A stretch of DNA of 56,709 bases from Bdellovibrionota bacterium (lineage in GTDB: Bacteria; Bdellovibrionota_C; UBA2361; JBGSMV01): contig JBIKWF010000014.1 in assembly GCA_044356455.1 (NCBI GenBank), forward strand, positions 1 through 56,709, in the 5' to 3' direction. The notes beneath the pieces are model-generated. The model was not told the origin of the DNA and did no database searches. It saw nothing but the letters and a program-made list of their open reading frames with translations. Shown here one piece after another: positions 9,726-19,196 of this stretch. How positions within the stretch are numbered: position 1 is the first letter of the stretch; every line of letters starts with the position of its first letter. Both the position numbers and the translations under genes were made by a program.

Positions 9726-10490
9726 ATGCTGAGGACTATGCTAAGAACCCAATTCACACCGGCCCCCCAAAGATCTGAAGCTGCGATTTCCCACAAAACT
9801 GCCAGCGGGAATCATTCCGAGGGAGCGCGGGCTTGTCGCCTCACCACGCTGGCGCCGCAGAGAATATCGTGGCGAGCTGAGTCGCTGCAGCGTCTTATTG
9901 AGCATGATGCTGAAGTCCAATCGGGTGCACGAGCGGCACAAACCGTTGCCTATGGGGCCAATAGCATTCATCCGCTACCGATAGTCAGTCTTCTTCTCTT
10001 GCGAGGAGCTGCTTCTAGCCGCGCGCGACTTGAAATGGATATTCGAGAAATTCACCTTGAGTTTGCTAAATTTCTAGAGACTCGAGAATTGCAGACTGCT
10101 CAAGGTACTCGCGACGGTGCAAAGGATAGTTTGATCGGCTTTATTCAAGAACTTCATGCCTGCGAACGTCGTACCCGGCTTAATTTTGGGTTTGCCAGTG
10201 TTGCACTGCTTGAGCTTCTTGGTTCCATGACTAAGACGGACTTTACTGAGAGCCGTGCCGTGAGCTCGGCATGGCAGGAGGTTGGAGCGGAGCTCAATTC
10301 CTTTATTTCGGAGACGTGTCCCGACATGCGTGCCCCTCATCGCACGCCGACAGAGAATAGAACTTCTCCCGTTGAACTCTTCGCACCAAAATTGTCTCCG
10401 GTAGAGCGGGTTATTGGCTTTGAGCTCTTTCATCAGCGAGCGACGAGCGCGGTGGCAAGTGGGGTCATGCGAGCATTTGCGCAGTTATAA
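9726..10490 (+). CDS. Hypothetical protein
   Basis: 254-aa ORF with no recognised motif; 3' end duplicated at 12689-12774. Confidence 0.5.
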   Translation: MLRTMLRTQFTPAPQRSEAAISHKTASGNHSEGARACRLTTLAPQRISWRAESLQRLIEHDAEVQSGARAAQTVAYGANSIHPLPIVSLLLLRGAASSRARLEMDIREIHLEFAKFLETRELQTAQGTRDGAKDSLIGFIQELHACERRTRLNFGFASVALLELLGSMTKTDFTESRAVSSAWQEVGAELNSFISETCPDMRAPHRTPTENRTSPVELFAPKLSPVERVIGFELFHQRATSAVASGVMRAFAQL

Positions 10491-10779
10491 CCGTGAGGCC
10501 TCTTGGGCGCCTTCCTGGGCAGTGCTCACTACGCCACCAATTCCTCGCGAGGCACCGCGATACGAACCAGACCGGAGAACCTTACAAAAAAGTTCAGAAT
10601 AAAAAGAAAATATTTTCGTCGCTCTTTGGCGTCTTGTTGAGTATCTGCGAAAGAAGCGCGCCCTTTTTTAGCCTGGACTATTCCTGTTTTTGAAAAAATC
10701 GAACAGCTTTCAGAAGCAGGGGGGAAACGTCATTCTTTCCCGCACAGATATAAAAAACATAAAAAGAGGAACTAGAAGT

Positions 10780-11442
10780 ATGAAGAAATATTTATTAATC
10801 GCAGCGACGTTCGTGCTCGCATCTTGCAGCGACAGTGATGATAGTGCTCTTGTTCGCATCGTGCATCTATCTCCTGATGCACCGGCGGTAGATGTGCTCG
10901 TGGATGGAGGAAGAGTGCTTGCGGGCGTTTCTTATCCCTCAGCCTCTGATTATCTTGAAGTTTCTGCGGGTGCTCGCGAGCTAAAGGTAAACGCTGCCGA
11001 TACTTCTACCTCGGTCATCACCGCGAATGTTACGCTTAACGAGGAAGAGAGCTACACGGTCGTTGCCGCGAACCGCTTAGCATCGATTGAGCCTTTGGTA
11101 CTTGTAGATGAGCGTGGAGGAACTCCAGGCGACGAGGCGTCTGTGCGGGTTCTCCATGGAGCGCCAAGTGCCCCCGCAGTGGATGTATATGTTACGTCTC
11201 TCGGTGCAGACTTGAATGCTGCGACGCCAGTTCTTACGAATGTGCCTTTTAAGGCCTCGTCTGGATATCTTACTATCCCAGCCGGGACTTATCAGGTTCG
11301 CGTCACCGTAGCCGGAACAAAGACGGTTGCTATTGATTCTGGCTCGCTCACCTTAAAGAAGCAGGATCGGTTTACGGCGATAGCCCGCGATAATGTGGGC
11401 GGGGGAGCGCCGTTTGCGCTTCTCTTGCTCGATGACCGATAA
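10780..11442 (+). CDS. DUF4397-family lipoprotein
   Basis: MKKYLLIAATFVLASC lipobox; two repeats VRIVHLSPDAPAVDV and VRVLHGAPSAPAVDV; AGAGGA RBS upstream of ATG 10780. Confidence 0.85.
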   Translation: MKKYLLIAATFVLASCSDSDDSALVRIVHLSPDAPAVDVLVDGGRVLAGVSYPSASDYLEVSAGARELKVNAADTSTSVITANVTLNEEESYTVVAANRLASIEPLVLVDERGGTPGDEASVRVLHGAPSAPAVDVYVTSLGADLNAATPVLTNVPFKASSGYLTIPAGTYQVRVTVAGTKTVAIDSGSLTLKKQDRFTAIARDNVGGGAPFALLLLDDR

Positions 11443-11480
11443 GCTGCCTCGGCCGCTATGGTATACTGCTCAGCTTGCAT

Positions 11481-11594
11481 CTAGGGAACCTCTGATGCCC
11501 TCCGTGGTGAAATTTTCATGAAGGAATTCACCACGGAGGACACAGAGGTACGCAGAGGTGTATTAAGAATGAGGGTTTTTCAAAGGTTCCCTAG
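11481..11594. repeat. MITE-like element, copy B
   Basis: CTAG-GGAACCTCTGA ... TCAAAGGTTCC-CTAG terminal inverted repeats; internal CCTCCGTGGTGAA/TTCACCACGGAGG stem. Confidence 0.75.
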
Positions 11595-11778
11595 TTATGA
11601 GGATGCAAGCTGAGCAGACCAGGGTAATCGAAGTCGTGTTTGCCATGCGGCTCGAAATGAAGAATTCACGAGCAGTGAGAGATTCCTGTAAGGACTTTTG
11701 GGCATGCTTCGTCTACCCCCTTACGAGAAAGACTGCCTTCCTCTACGAAGAGAAAGATGAAGGTAAGAGGGGTACACG

Positions 11779-12525
11779 ATGACACAGAATACGGGAAGAG
11801 TTCTAATTTTTGGGGGTTCAGGAGGGATCGGGTCGGCGTTGGCGAGACGTCTCGTCTCAAAGGGAGTCTCTCTCACGTTAGTTGGTCGAACCGAGGAGCG
11901 TGTGCGCACTCTGTCTCAGGAGCTTGGCGCAGAGTACCTCTGCGCCGATGTCACAGACTCAGCGCAAGTCGAAAATGTCTTTGCTCAAACACTCGAGAAA
12001 GGCCCTCTGCAAGGCGTTGCCCATCTTGTAGGGTCGATAGTCCTTAAACCTTTGCACTTAGTTTCTGATGAGGAATGGTGGCGTACGCTCTCCATAAATC
12101 TTTCATCAGCATTTTTTGTTTTGCGCTCAGCAGTGAAGGCACTCGGTGTGGAAGGGGGGTCAATAGTCCTCATGTCTTCAACTGCGGCGCAAGTTGGTTT
12201 GGCGAATCATGAGGCGATAGCAGCAGCAAAAGCCGGTGTTGACGGGCTTGTGCGAGCGGCTGCGGCTTCTCAGGCTGCCAAAAATATTAGGGTGAACGCG
12301 ATTGCTCCAGGTCTCGTGAGGACTCCGCTTTCCAGCAAGCTGCTCGCGAATCCTGCAGCGGAGAAGGCATCCATTGCGATGCACCCGCTTCGACGCTTAG
12401 GACTGCCAGACGATATTGCATCGATGATTGAATTTCTGCTCGACCCATCTAACTCTTGGGTCACCGGTCAAATCATGCGCATGGATGGGGGGCTGGCTGA
12501 TCTTCGAGTGAACCATGCCAACTAG
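11779..12525 (+). CDS. Short-chain dehydrogenase/reductase (SDR)
   Basis: GGSGGIG nucleotide-binding motif, MSSTAA, HEAIAAAK in place of YxxxK, IRVNAIAPG, VTGQIMRMDGG. Confidence 0.9.
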   Translation: MTQNTGRVLIFGGSGGIGSALARRLVSKGVSLTLVGRTEERVRTLSQELGAEYLCADVTDSAQVENVFAQTLEKGPLQGVAHLVGSIVLKPLHLVSDEEWWRTLSINLSSAFFVLRSAVKALGVEGGSIVLMSSTAAQVGLANHEAIAAAKAGVDGLVRAAAASQAAKNIRVNAIAPGLVRTPLSSKLLANPAAEKASIAMHPLRRLGLPDDIASMIEFLLDPSNSWVTGQIMRMDGGLADLRVNHAN

Positions 12526-12688
12526 TAAATCAGGTCCGGAAACTGAGAAGCGCGCTTTACGTGCATGACAGGGTTTTTCCCCGGCATTCTGGATAGCTGC
12601 CCGAGTAGAGGAATACCGTAACCTTGAGCAGTAGCCCTTGGCCCCGCTCAGGCGAAGAGGTACTCGTCACGCAGTCCTCTCACCTTAC

Positions 12689-12774
12689 TTGTCCCCCGTA
12701 GAGCGGGTTATTGGCTTTGAGCTCTTTCATCAGCGAGCGACGAGCTCGGTGGCAAGTGGGCTCATGCGAGCATT
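12689..12774 (+). repeat. 86-bp direct repeat of 10392-10477
   Basis: Near-identical copy (4 mismatches by eye) of the 3' end of ORF 9726-10490. Confidence 0.9.
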
Positions 12775-13008
12775 GAGGAAAAAATCGGAGAGAGCAGGCT
12801 GAAAACCTTAGAAACCGAGCAGTCTGAGGGCTTGACTGCCTCGTATCCCTCGAAGAGAAGTATTCAGGAGCACCATACTTAGTTCTTATGGGCTGTCGTT
12901 CTCTTGGTGTCGACAAAGTGTTTTTATAGATTCAGCTGGAGTTGATCGTAACTAGTGGGCAGCACTGCGACTGGCGGATGTCTCACCGTCCAGCCGCAGC
13001 GCTTGCAT

Positions 13009-13461
13009 TTATTGGAAGAAACATCCGGTTACAGTTTTCATCGTTGCAATGCCCTCTCCGGAACCATTGGGTTGTAAGATTCCGAGGCCGAAAATTCTGA
13101 CATCTCTGCCGAATCCGCTCTGACTATTCGCAATATTCTCAACGCGCTGGGTTAGAAGTGCGCCATCGGCACACTTGGCGGCGGGCCCGGTAAGAGGCAT
13201 GCGAACTTGTAGTGCACCGTAGTCAAATTGGTCGTCGCCAGCAGAAACACGCACGTTATTTAGCTCCACGACGTTATTGCTTGAACCGTAGGTAACATTA
13301 AGCACTCGGTGCGGTGCCCCTTCGCGGTATTGGATCATTAATGGGGTCAGTTGAGAAGTCTGGGCGGAAGCGCTGAGGCTACAAAAGAGACTGAAGCTCA
13401 ACATTGTCAAAAGGTTTACGGCACGATTACCAATCTTGGACATAATCCCCCTCAAATTCAT
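13009..13461 (-). CDS. Hypothetical secreted protein
   Basis: 150-aa ORF with signal-peptide-like LLTMLSFSLFCSLSASA; GC-rich hairpin just downstream (about 12962-13002). Confidence 0.6.
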   Translation of the reverse strand: MNLRGIMSKIGNRAVNLLTMLSFSLFCSLSASAQTSQLTPLMIQYREGAPHRVLNVTYGSSNNVVELNNVRVSAGDDQFDYGALQVRMPLTGPAAKCADGALLTQRVENIANSQSGFGRDVRIFGLGILQPNGSGEGIATMKTVTGCFFQ

Positions 13462-13836
13462 CTACTGTTTATAATGAGAGCACAAGCACGCGGCTCGTCG
13501 CTCTGCTTTGAATTTTCAATAGAAGCAAGACGTGTGCCGGAGAAGAGGCAGAGCTTCGGTGCAGATAGTCACTGGTTTTAGTGGTTTCAGCAGGGCGCAT
13601 TCCTTTAACTCTAAGAAGATATCCTAGGAATCTGTGCTGATTTTGAGCTCTACGAGAAATATGATTTTGGGCACCCTTTCATTAGAGGCTTCGCTAACGG
13701 AGGCATGCCTCTTGCTTCGTAGTTTCATCCAGCGGACCTTTACGGAACGTGGTTCGCATTCGCCCCGGGCATTGACCGGGTGCTTTTTGAGAACTTGGAA
13801 TATCGACTTCGATATAGGAGAAGTAGGTACCGTGTC

Positions 13837-15033
13837 TCACGTAAGCCCGTCGCCCTGAATCTCCCGCTGCTCCTCCTTCGAGGTCTCATGAAGAAGACGA
13901 GCGCTTCGTTCATTGGCGCCGATCGCTGACTCGAGGCCAGAAGCACTACGCATTACGAGAATGCGTTTGGCAAGCACCATGGCGCGCCCAATTGCCTGGT
14001 CCATATCATAATAACGGTACTCGCCAAGCCTGCCGCACACCATCAACTTTGACTGGGTAAGAGAGAGCGCGCGATATTCTTCGAAGAGCTTTTTGTTCTC
14101 TTGGTCAGGGAAGGGGTATTCATATTCGCCCGGTTTGGTAGGGGTGCAGGGATACTCTCGCGTGAGAAGTGTCCCTTTGATGCCACCTTGAGAATCTTTT
14201 TGCATCATGTGTTTCCACTCGAGAGTGCGAATGTGCGCACCGCTCGTAAGTCCGGGATTGTTTACTTGCCCGCAAGGTTGAGAGAATTCAAGATCAGGGT
14301 GGAATTCATGCTCGCGACGTTGTCCACGGTAGGCGAGTTTCCCGAGGCGATAGTTGAAGTACTCATCGATAGGGCCCGTAAAGATGGTCAGATATTTAGG
14401 CGCAAAGGCAGTTCTTTGAGCGAGGTAGTCAACATTGGTTATTACCGGGACTCTTTCAAGTATAGCGCGGGTGAAATTGGCGTAGCCCCTCTCTGGTATT
14501 CCTTGAAAGCGATGGCGGTGAAGTCTAAATTCTCCGTCTTCCCGGACTTCAAAACGGCGCGCAAGTCCCGCATCCAACGTCTTCGGATCGACTCCCCATT
14601 GTTTCGCCGTATATCCCTTCACGAACTTCTCGTAGACGAGCGCTGGCATCATGGCGAGGCTCGCCTCTTCAAAGTCCTTTGGAGTTCCATGGAAGCCCGG
14701 GGTCCACGCACTCCCTACGAGCCGCTTGATATACTCTGAATGCACAGGCCACGCTTCGAGGCGGCCATCAACGAGGGTCTGAAGTGCGGCTTCGTATTTG
14801 TAGAAGCGATCAAATTGAGTGACGTAGTTCCAGAGTTTCTCGGATGAAGTTCTAAAATAGTGTGGTCCGTAGGTATGAACACGAATGCCAGAGCTGTGCT
14901 CGTGGTCATGCACATTCCCGCCCACGTGCTCTCGTCGCTCAAGCACCAGCACCGAGAAACCGGCTTGCCGGAGCTCGCGCGCGATCACGGCGCCTGTGAG
15001 CCCTGAGCCTACGATGAGATAATCAATTTCCAT
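13837..15033 (-). CDS. glf: UDP-galactopyranose mutase
   Basis: IVGSGLTG FAD motif, HVGGN, HTYGPHYFRT, GYTAKQWG, FQGIP, TGPIDEYF, GRLGEYRYYDMDQAI. Confidence 0.92.
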   Translation of the reverse strand: MEIDYLIVGSGLTGAVIARELRQAGFSVLVLERREHVGGNVHDHEHSSGIRVHTYGPHYFRTSSEKLWNYVTQFDRFYKYEAALQTLVDGRLEAWPVHSEYIKRLVGSAWTPGFHGTPKDFEEASLAMMPALVYEKFVKGYTAKQWGVDPKTLDAGLARRFEVREDGEFRLHRHRFQGIPERGYANFTRAILERVPVITNVDYLAQRTAFAPKYLTIFTGPIDEYFNYRLGKLAYRGQRREHEFHPDLEFSQPCGQVNNPGLTSGAHIRTLEWKHMMQKDSQGGIKGTLLTREYPCTPTKPGEYEYPFPDQENKKLFEEYRALSLTQSKLMVCGRLGEYRYYDMDQAIGRAMVLAKRILVMRSASGLESAIGANERSARLLHETSKEEQREIQGDGLT

Positions 15034-15273
15034 GGTGCTGCTGCCTTACGCGGTGGGATTTCCTACCTGTGGTTTCGATGAAGGAGAGGGGAGGGGTGTT
15101 ACAGGTTCTTTTGTCAGTTGTTTGCCTATTAATATCAAATACTTGGGTCCGTTTGTGCGGCCTGCATAGGGCGTGGCTATGGCTCGTGAGAGCTCTTTCA
15201 CCCTTTTCTCTGCGGGGAAGAATTAAAGGCCGCAAGACCGCTCGGTTCTGGTGTTGTACTAGAAATAAGAGAA

Positions 15274-15301
15274 TTGACGTTGCGCTTTCGGGGTGTATTC
15301 T
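15274..15301 (+). promoter_or_regulatory. Putative sigma70 promoter
   Basis: TTGACG-16 nt-TATTCT, 21 nt upstream of ATG 15323, which has an AGGCGG RBS-like element. Confidence 0.35.
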
Positions 15302-15322
15302 TCGCCGCTGATTGTAGGCGGT

Positions 15323-15934
15323 ATGATCCAAAGTAAGATAAACTCCCCTCGAATTGAGGACCTCTCAGAAACTCAGCTCGTAATGTTCCTTAAGAATCTT
15401 TCGCGCTCTCCCGCGTTCCCACTCATTGTTGACTCATCAGCAAAAACCGTGAGCTATGCAGGGAGACTTAACCCTGGCATGGCGTTTATGGTTGGACAGG
15501 CGGTTGGTCGCCTGGAGCGGTTCTTTGGTTACAATGGCTACGAAGATGTTTCTCGCCGGGCGGTGCGCGCGTTTGGCGTCGACGATGACAACCTCGCCGC
15601 GGGGGAATCACTCTTTTGGCGTATCGAGAAAGGGGAGCGCGGGGACAGTCTTCTCGTTCACCCGGGGATCCTTAAGGCGTACGCTGAAAAAGTTCCTGCC
15701 GGTAGCAAGGCAATTTCTCTTGTAATTGCAATTCGCGATGATCAAGCGCCACTTCGGGAGAGGTGGTCAGAGCTTGGTATCAAGGGGGACCCTGCTGAGC
15801 AGTTCTCGTCTCTTCTTCGAGCTCTGACCTTGCTATCGGAACCTTTCGCCGCAGCATTAAAAGCGGCCGAGCCACATACGGCGCCGATCGTTTCCGCTGT
15901 GCCCGAAGAGGTTAAGCTTCCTCCAGTGCCCTAG
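15323..15934 (+). CDS. Hypothetical protein
   Basis: About 203-aa ORF with promoter-like and RBS-like sequence upstream; no recognised motif. Confidence 0.6.
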   Translation: MIQSKINSPRIEDLSETQLVMFLKNLSRSPAFPLIVDSSAKTVSYAGRLNPGMAFMVGQAVGRLERFFGYNGYEDVSRRAVRAFGVDDDNLAAGESLFWRIEKGERGDSLLVHPGILKAYAEKVPAGSKAISLVIAIRDDQAPLRERWSELGIKGDPAEQFSSLLRALTLLSEPFAAALKAAEPHTAPIVSAVPEEVKLPPVP

Positions 15935-16007
15935 GGAATCTCGAAAAGACCTTCATTCTTAATACACCTCAGAGGGACAAAGAGGTGAGTTCTTCAGGAA
16001 TCCTTAG
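15931..16007. repeat. MITE-like element, copy C (short)
   Basis: GGGAATCTCGAAAAGACCTTCATTCTTAATACACCTC is the near reverse complement of the right part of copy B; fills the gap between two convergent stop codons. Confidence 0.7.
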
Positions 16008-16642
16008 GTAGCGTATTTAACTGAGCAGCCATAGGCTTGTGTCGAGGCCACGGTGACTGCGCTTCCCGACATGGCTTCATCAAGTGCACGAGCAACATAA
16101 TTATTTGCTCCTTCAATAGAGGAGAGTCTCGTTGAATCATTATCGTCGATAGCTCCTGCGTAAATCAGATTGCCAGACGGATTAATGACAAACATATGAG
16201 GTGTTGCCGAAGCGCCGAGAAGTTTTCCTACGCGTCCTTCAGGGTCCAGTAGAATAGAGGTAGGGGACGCTTTCTTATCTGCAATAAATTCTTTTGCAGT
16301 TTCTTGTGTGAGGTGCCCTTGTTTTCCGATAGCGGAAGAATTTACTGACAGCCACACCACCCCTTTCTCAGTGTACTTCTTTTGGAGCGCCTGCATGTTG
16401 CCGCTTTCATAGTGCTTGCGAACATAAGGGCATTCTGGGTTGAGCCACTCAAGCACTACGAATTTACCCTTAAAGTCAGAGAGCGAATGCTCAGCGCCGT
16501 CCGACCCAGGCAGCGAAAAATTTGGAGCAGCTTTTCCCACGGTGACTTCAGCGAAGGCCGATGCGGTAGGGAAAGCGAACGGTAGGGCCGCGCCCACTAC
16601 AAATAAAAGGACCAAGAGCGTACCAAGTGCACTGCGACGCAT
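16004..16642 (-). CDS. Exported thioredoxin-fold redoxin (AhpC/TSA family)
   Basis: Signal peptide, APNFSL, VVLEWLNPECPYV, ATPHMFVI, YAGAIDD, GCSVKY. Confidence 0.88.
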   Translation of the reverse strand: MRRSALGTLLVLLFVVGAALPFAFPTASAFAEVTVGKAAPNFSLPGSDGAEHSLSDFKGKFVVLEWLNPECPYVRKHYESGNMQALQKKYTEKGVVWLSVNSSAIGKQGHLTQETAKEFIADKKASPTSILLDPEGRVGKLLGASATPHMFVINPSGNLIYAGAIDDNDSTRLSSIEGANNYVARALDEAMSGSAVTVASTQAYGCSVKYAT

Positions 16643-16727
16643 AGCAAACACCCACAAAAAATCATCCTAAATCCAGTGAATGTTAGAAAATAATGCATCA
16701 TGGCACAAGTCGCGGGGCGAGTGCCGA

Positions 16728-18989
16728 TTACGAGAGCGAGGGCTTTTTGAGCTTTCTAAGTTCTTCCAAGACGATAGAAGGAGTTAGAATAGAGGGGAAG
16801 ATATGAGGCGCAGCGCCAGGAACTCCCGAATAGAGCACATTAAGTGGCACGCCCTGCCTCCCATAGCGCGCCAACGCGGCCGTAATCTTCTCGTCCTTAT
16901 TAGTCCAATCTGCTTTAAGTAGAGCAATATTGTGACTTTCAAGTTCGTTTCTTACTTCCTCAGATGAGAGCACTACGCGCTTGTTTACCTGACAGGTAAT
17001 GCACCAAGCAGCAGTGAAATCGATAAAGACCGGTCTAGAACTGTTCAGTAGTTCGGCGAGACGTTCTTCGGAGAAGGTCTCCCACGCAAGGCCATACTTA
17101 TCTACGGTTACTCCAGAAGGAGAGGTTTGAGGGGCATTGGCTGCACCAGGCTCGATTGATGTCCAGGCTCCGTAGGCTCCAAGCGTGACCAGTGTAAGCG
17201 CAAACACTCGGCCAAATATGCGCGTGCGGCGCTTTCGCGCAGGTGAACTCCATACGCCAAGACCCCAGAGTCCAAGACCCGCAGAAAGTAATCCGACCAG
17301 CGAAACAATAATCGCATCTTGGCCCGCTTGAATGCCAAGCACCCAAAGAAGCCAAATCGCGGTGGCGAATAGAGGAAACGCCATCAAATGCTTAAATGTT
17401 TCCATCCAAGCGCCCGGTCTAGGAAGCACCCGTATCAATTGGGGTATAGAGCAAAGGAGCACATAAGGCAGCGCCATGCCAACTCCAAGTGCGGTGAATA
17501 TAGCGATGCCCTCAGCCGCCGAGACGGTGAGCGCAAAGGCCAACGCAGATCCCATAAAGGGGGCAGTGCAAGGAGTTGCAAGAACCACGGCGAGGGCGCC
17601 GCTGCCAATTGCTCCCAAGGCGCCTTCTCCCGTTTGAATAGTTCCCACTGCGCGCTGTACGGAGGAGCCAACTTCGAAAACACCAAGGAGGTTAAGTGCG
17701 ATGATGAACACCACAAAAAGCAATCCGAGAACAAAGCCCGGAGATTGCAACTGGAAGCCCCATCCAAGTCCTTCCCCCGCAGCTCGCAGAAGAAAAAGGG
17801 TGCCTGCAAGGACCCAAAATGAGCCAATAACTCCAGCGCCGAAGAGGAGGCCATGGGTACGCGCGGCGCGCGGACTGTGCCCGGCTTCCGTCGCAAAACT
17901 CAGGATCTTGATGGATAGCACCGGGAAGACACAGGGCATTACGTTTAGTATGAGTCCGCCAATGAAGGCTCCAACGAGTGCGGTCCAAAGGGTCAGCGCA
18001 TCTTCTGATGAAACGGGTGGTGGGGCTGGAAATGCTGAGCCAGGTGCTTGGTTTATTGGTGCAACTTTGGTTGCTGGAGCAGAGGGAACTCCGTTCACTA
18101 CCAGATCCACCGCAAGAGCGGGAGAGCTGCCATCTGCTGACCAGCCCTGATTAGATACCAAAATGCCGCTCAGCCGAGGTGACAGCGCTTCCTCTACCAC
18201 ATTTTTTTCAAGAATAAGGTGATGTTCCTTTCCGTCGAACGTCAACTTCTGTGGCGCAGCATTTTCAATGATGTCTCCCACGTCAGGGAAGAATGCGACA
18301 TCGAACCCAACTTTTGGGACAAAGGGAGGCGAGAAGCTAATGACGTATGATTTGTCATCGAAATGGGAGGACACCGGAATATCAGTTCGAAGAACGGGAA
18401 GGCGTGCGCGCGTCGCCTCGAAAAGGCTTTGCCACTGCGAGAGAGAAGGAGATGATTCGCTTCGCGGAAGCTCAAGAGAAAGTTCCCCATTACCTGGTAT
18501 GCATTCTTCCTTGCAGACGAGCCATTCAGCATCAATTTCCACTTTCAGCGCCCCCTCGCTAGGGAGCTTTTCCGGGGCAATATCTGCAATAAAGAGCGTT
18601 TCTCCCTCGTATCCGTAGTTCATGAGCGGGCCTACGGCAATTCGGCTTGGTACAGGCCAATCAAGGGAAGCAGAAGTGTCTTTGCCGTTAAGTTTCCACT
18701 TAAATTTTGGCGCCGAGCCCGAATCTCCCGCGTATTTCCAATACACGTGCCAGCCCTCTTCCGTTTTCATGCGCACGCCTAACGCAAGAGGCTTGCCTGG
18801 TTGGAAAGAAGTGTTTTCTGAAATCAGCTCAACCTCTACATACGGAGAGACCAGAACATCGGCATGGGCGGATGAGAGGGGCAGTAGCCCCCCACAGAAC
18901 AAAAGCGCGGCGCACCAAAGTATAAATGCACGGAAGGCGGTCATTTTTATTCGCCGTTGAAATGAGAAATTCCCAGGTTGAGTAGTCAC
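16728..18989 (-). CDS. dsbD: Thiol:disulfide interchange protein DsbD family
   Basis: GWHVYWKYAGDSG, WLVCKEECIPG, LNVMPCVFPVLSIK, LATPCTAPFMG, DFTAAWCITCQVN; true start may be ATG 18944. Confidence 0.9.
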   Translation of the reverse strand: MTTQPGNFSFQRRIKMTAFRAFILWCAALLFCGGLLPLSSAHADVLVSPYVEVELISENTSFQPGKPLALGVRMKTEEGWHVYWKYAGDSGSAPKFKWKLNGKDTSASLDWPVPSRIAVGPLMNYGYEGETLFIADIAPEKLPSEGALKVEIDAEWLVCKEECIPGNGELSLELPRSESSPSLSQWQSLFEATRARLPVLRTDIPVSSHFDDKSYVISFSPPFVPKVGFDVAFFPDVGDIIENAAPQKLTFDGKEHHLILEKNVVEEALSPRLSGILVSNQGWSADGSSPALAVDLVVNGVPSAPATKVAPINQAPGSAFPAPPPVSSEDALTLWTALVGAFIGGLILNVMPCVFPVLSIKILSFATEAGHSPRAARTHGLLFGAGVIGSFWVLAGTLFLLRAAGEGLGWGFQLQSPGFVLGLLFVVFIIALNLLGVFEVGSSVQRAVGTIQTGEGALGAIGSGALAVVLATPCTAPFMGSALAFALTVSAAEGIAIFTALGVGMALPYVLLCSIPQLIRVLPRPGAWMETFKHLMAFPLFATAIWLLWVLGIQAGQDAIIVSLVGLLSAGLGLWGLGVWSSPARKRRTRIFGRVFALTLVTLGAYGAWTSIEPGAANAPQTSPSGVTVDKYGLAWETFSEERLAELLNSSRPVFIDFTAAWCITCQVNKRVVLSSEEVRNELESHNIALLKADWTNKDEKITAALARYGRQGVPLNVLYSGVPGAAPHIFPSILTPSIVLEELRKLKKPSLS

Positions 18990-19196
18990 TTCTCGCTCCT
19001 GAGCATTACAACGGTAGTCTCAGATTAGCGCAAGTGATTGAAAATACGCCGGTTCTCTAAGCCTTGCCCAGCCTTGCTCCGTGAACTCAAGTTCTCGTGC
19101 TTTCTGCAGAGCCTCTAACAAGGTCGACGTACCATCACATAACTTTAGCTAAGAAGATTTCTCAGTTTCTCGGCAACTCATCACTTCAGTGGGCGT

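Noticed and set aside
10392..12774. Diversity-generating retroelement VR/TR pair (gene 3' end repeated nearby)
   Set aside because: Mismatches are at C/G/T positions rather than template adenines, and no reverse transcriptase is in the window
14101..14739. 212-aa plus-strand ORF
   Set aside because: Entirely antisense to glf, with no motif
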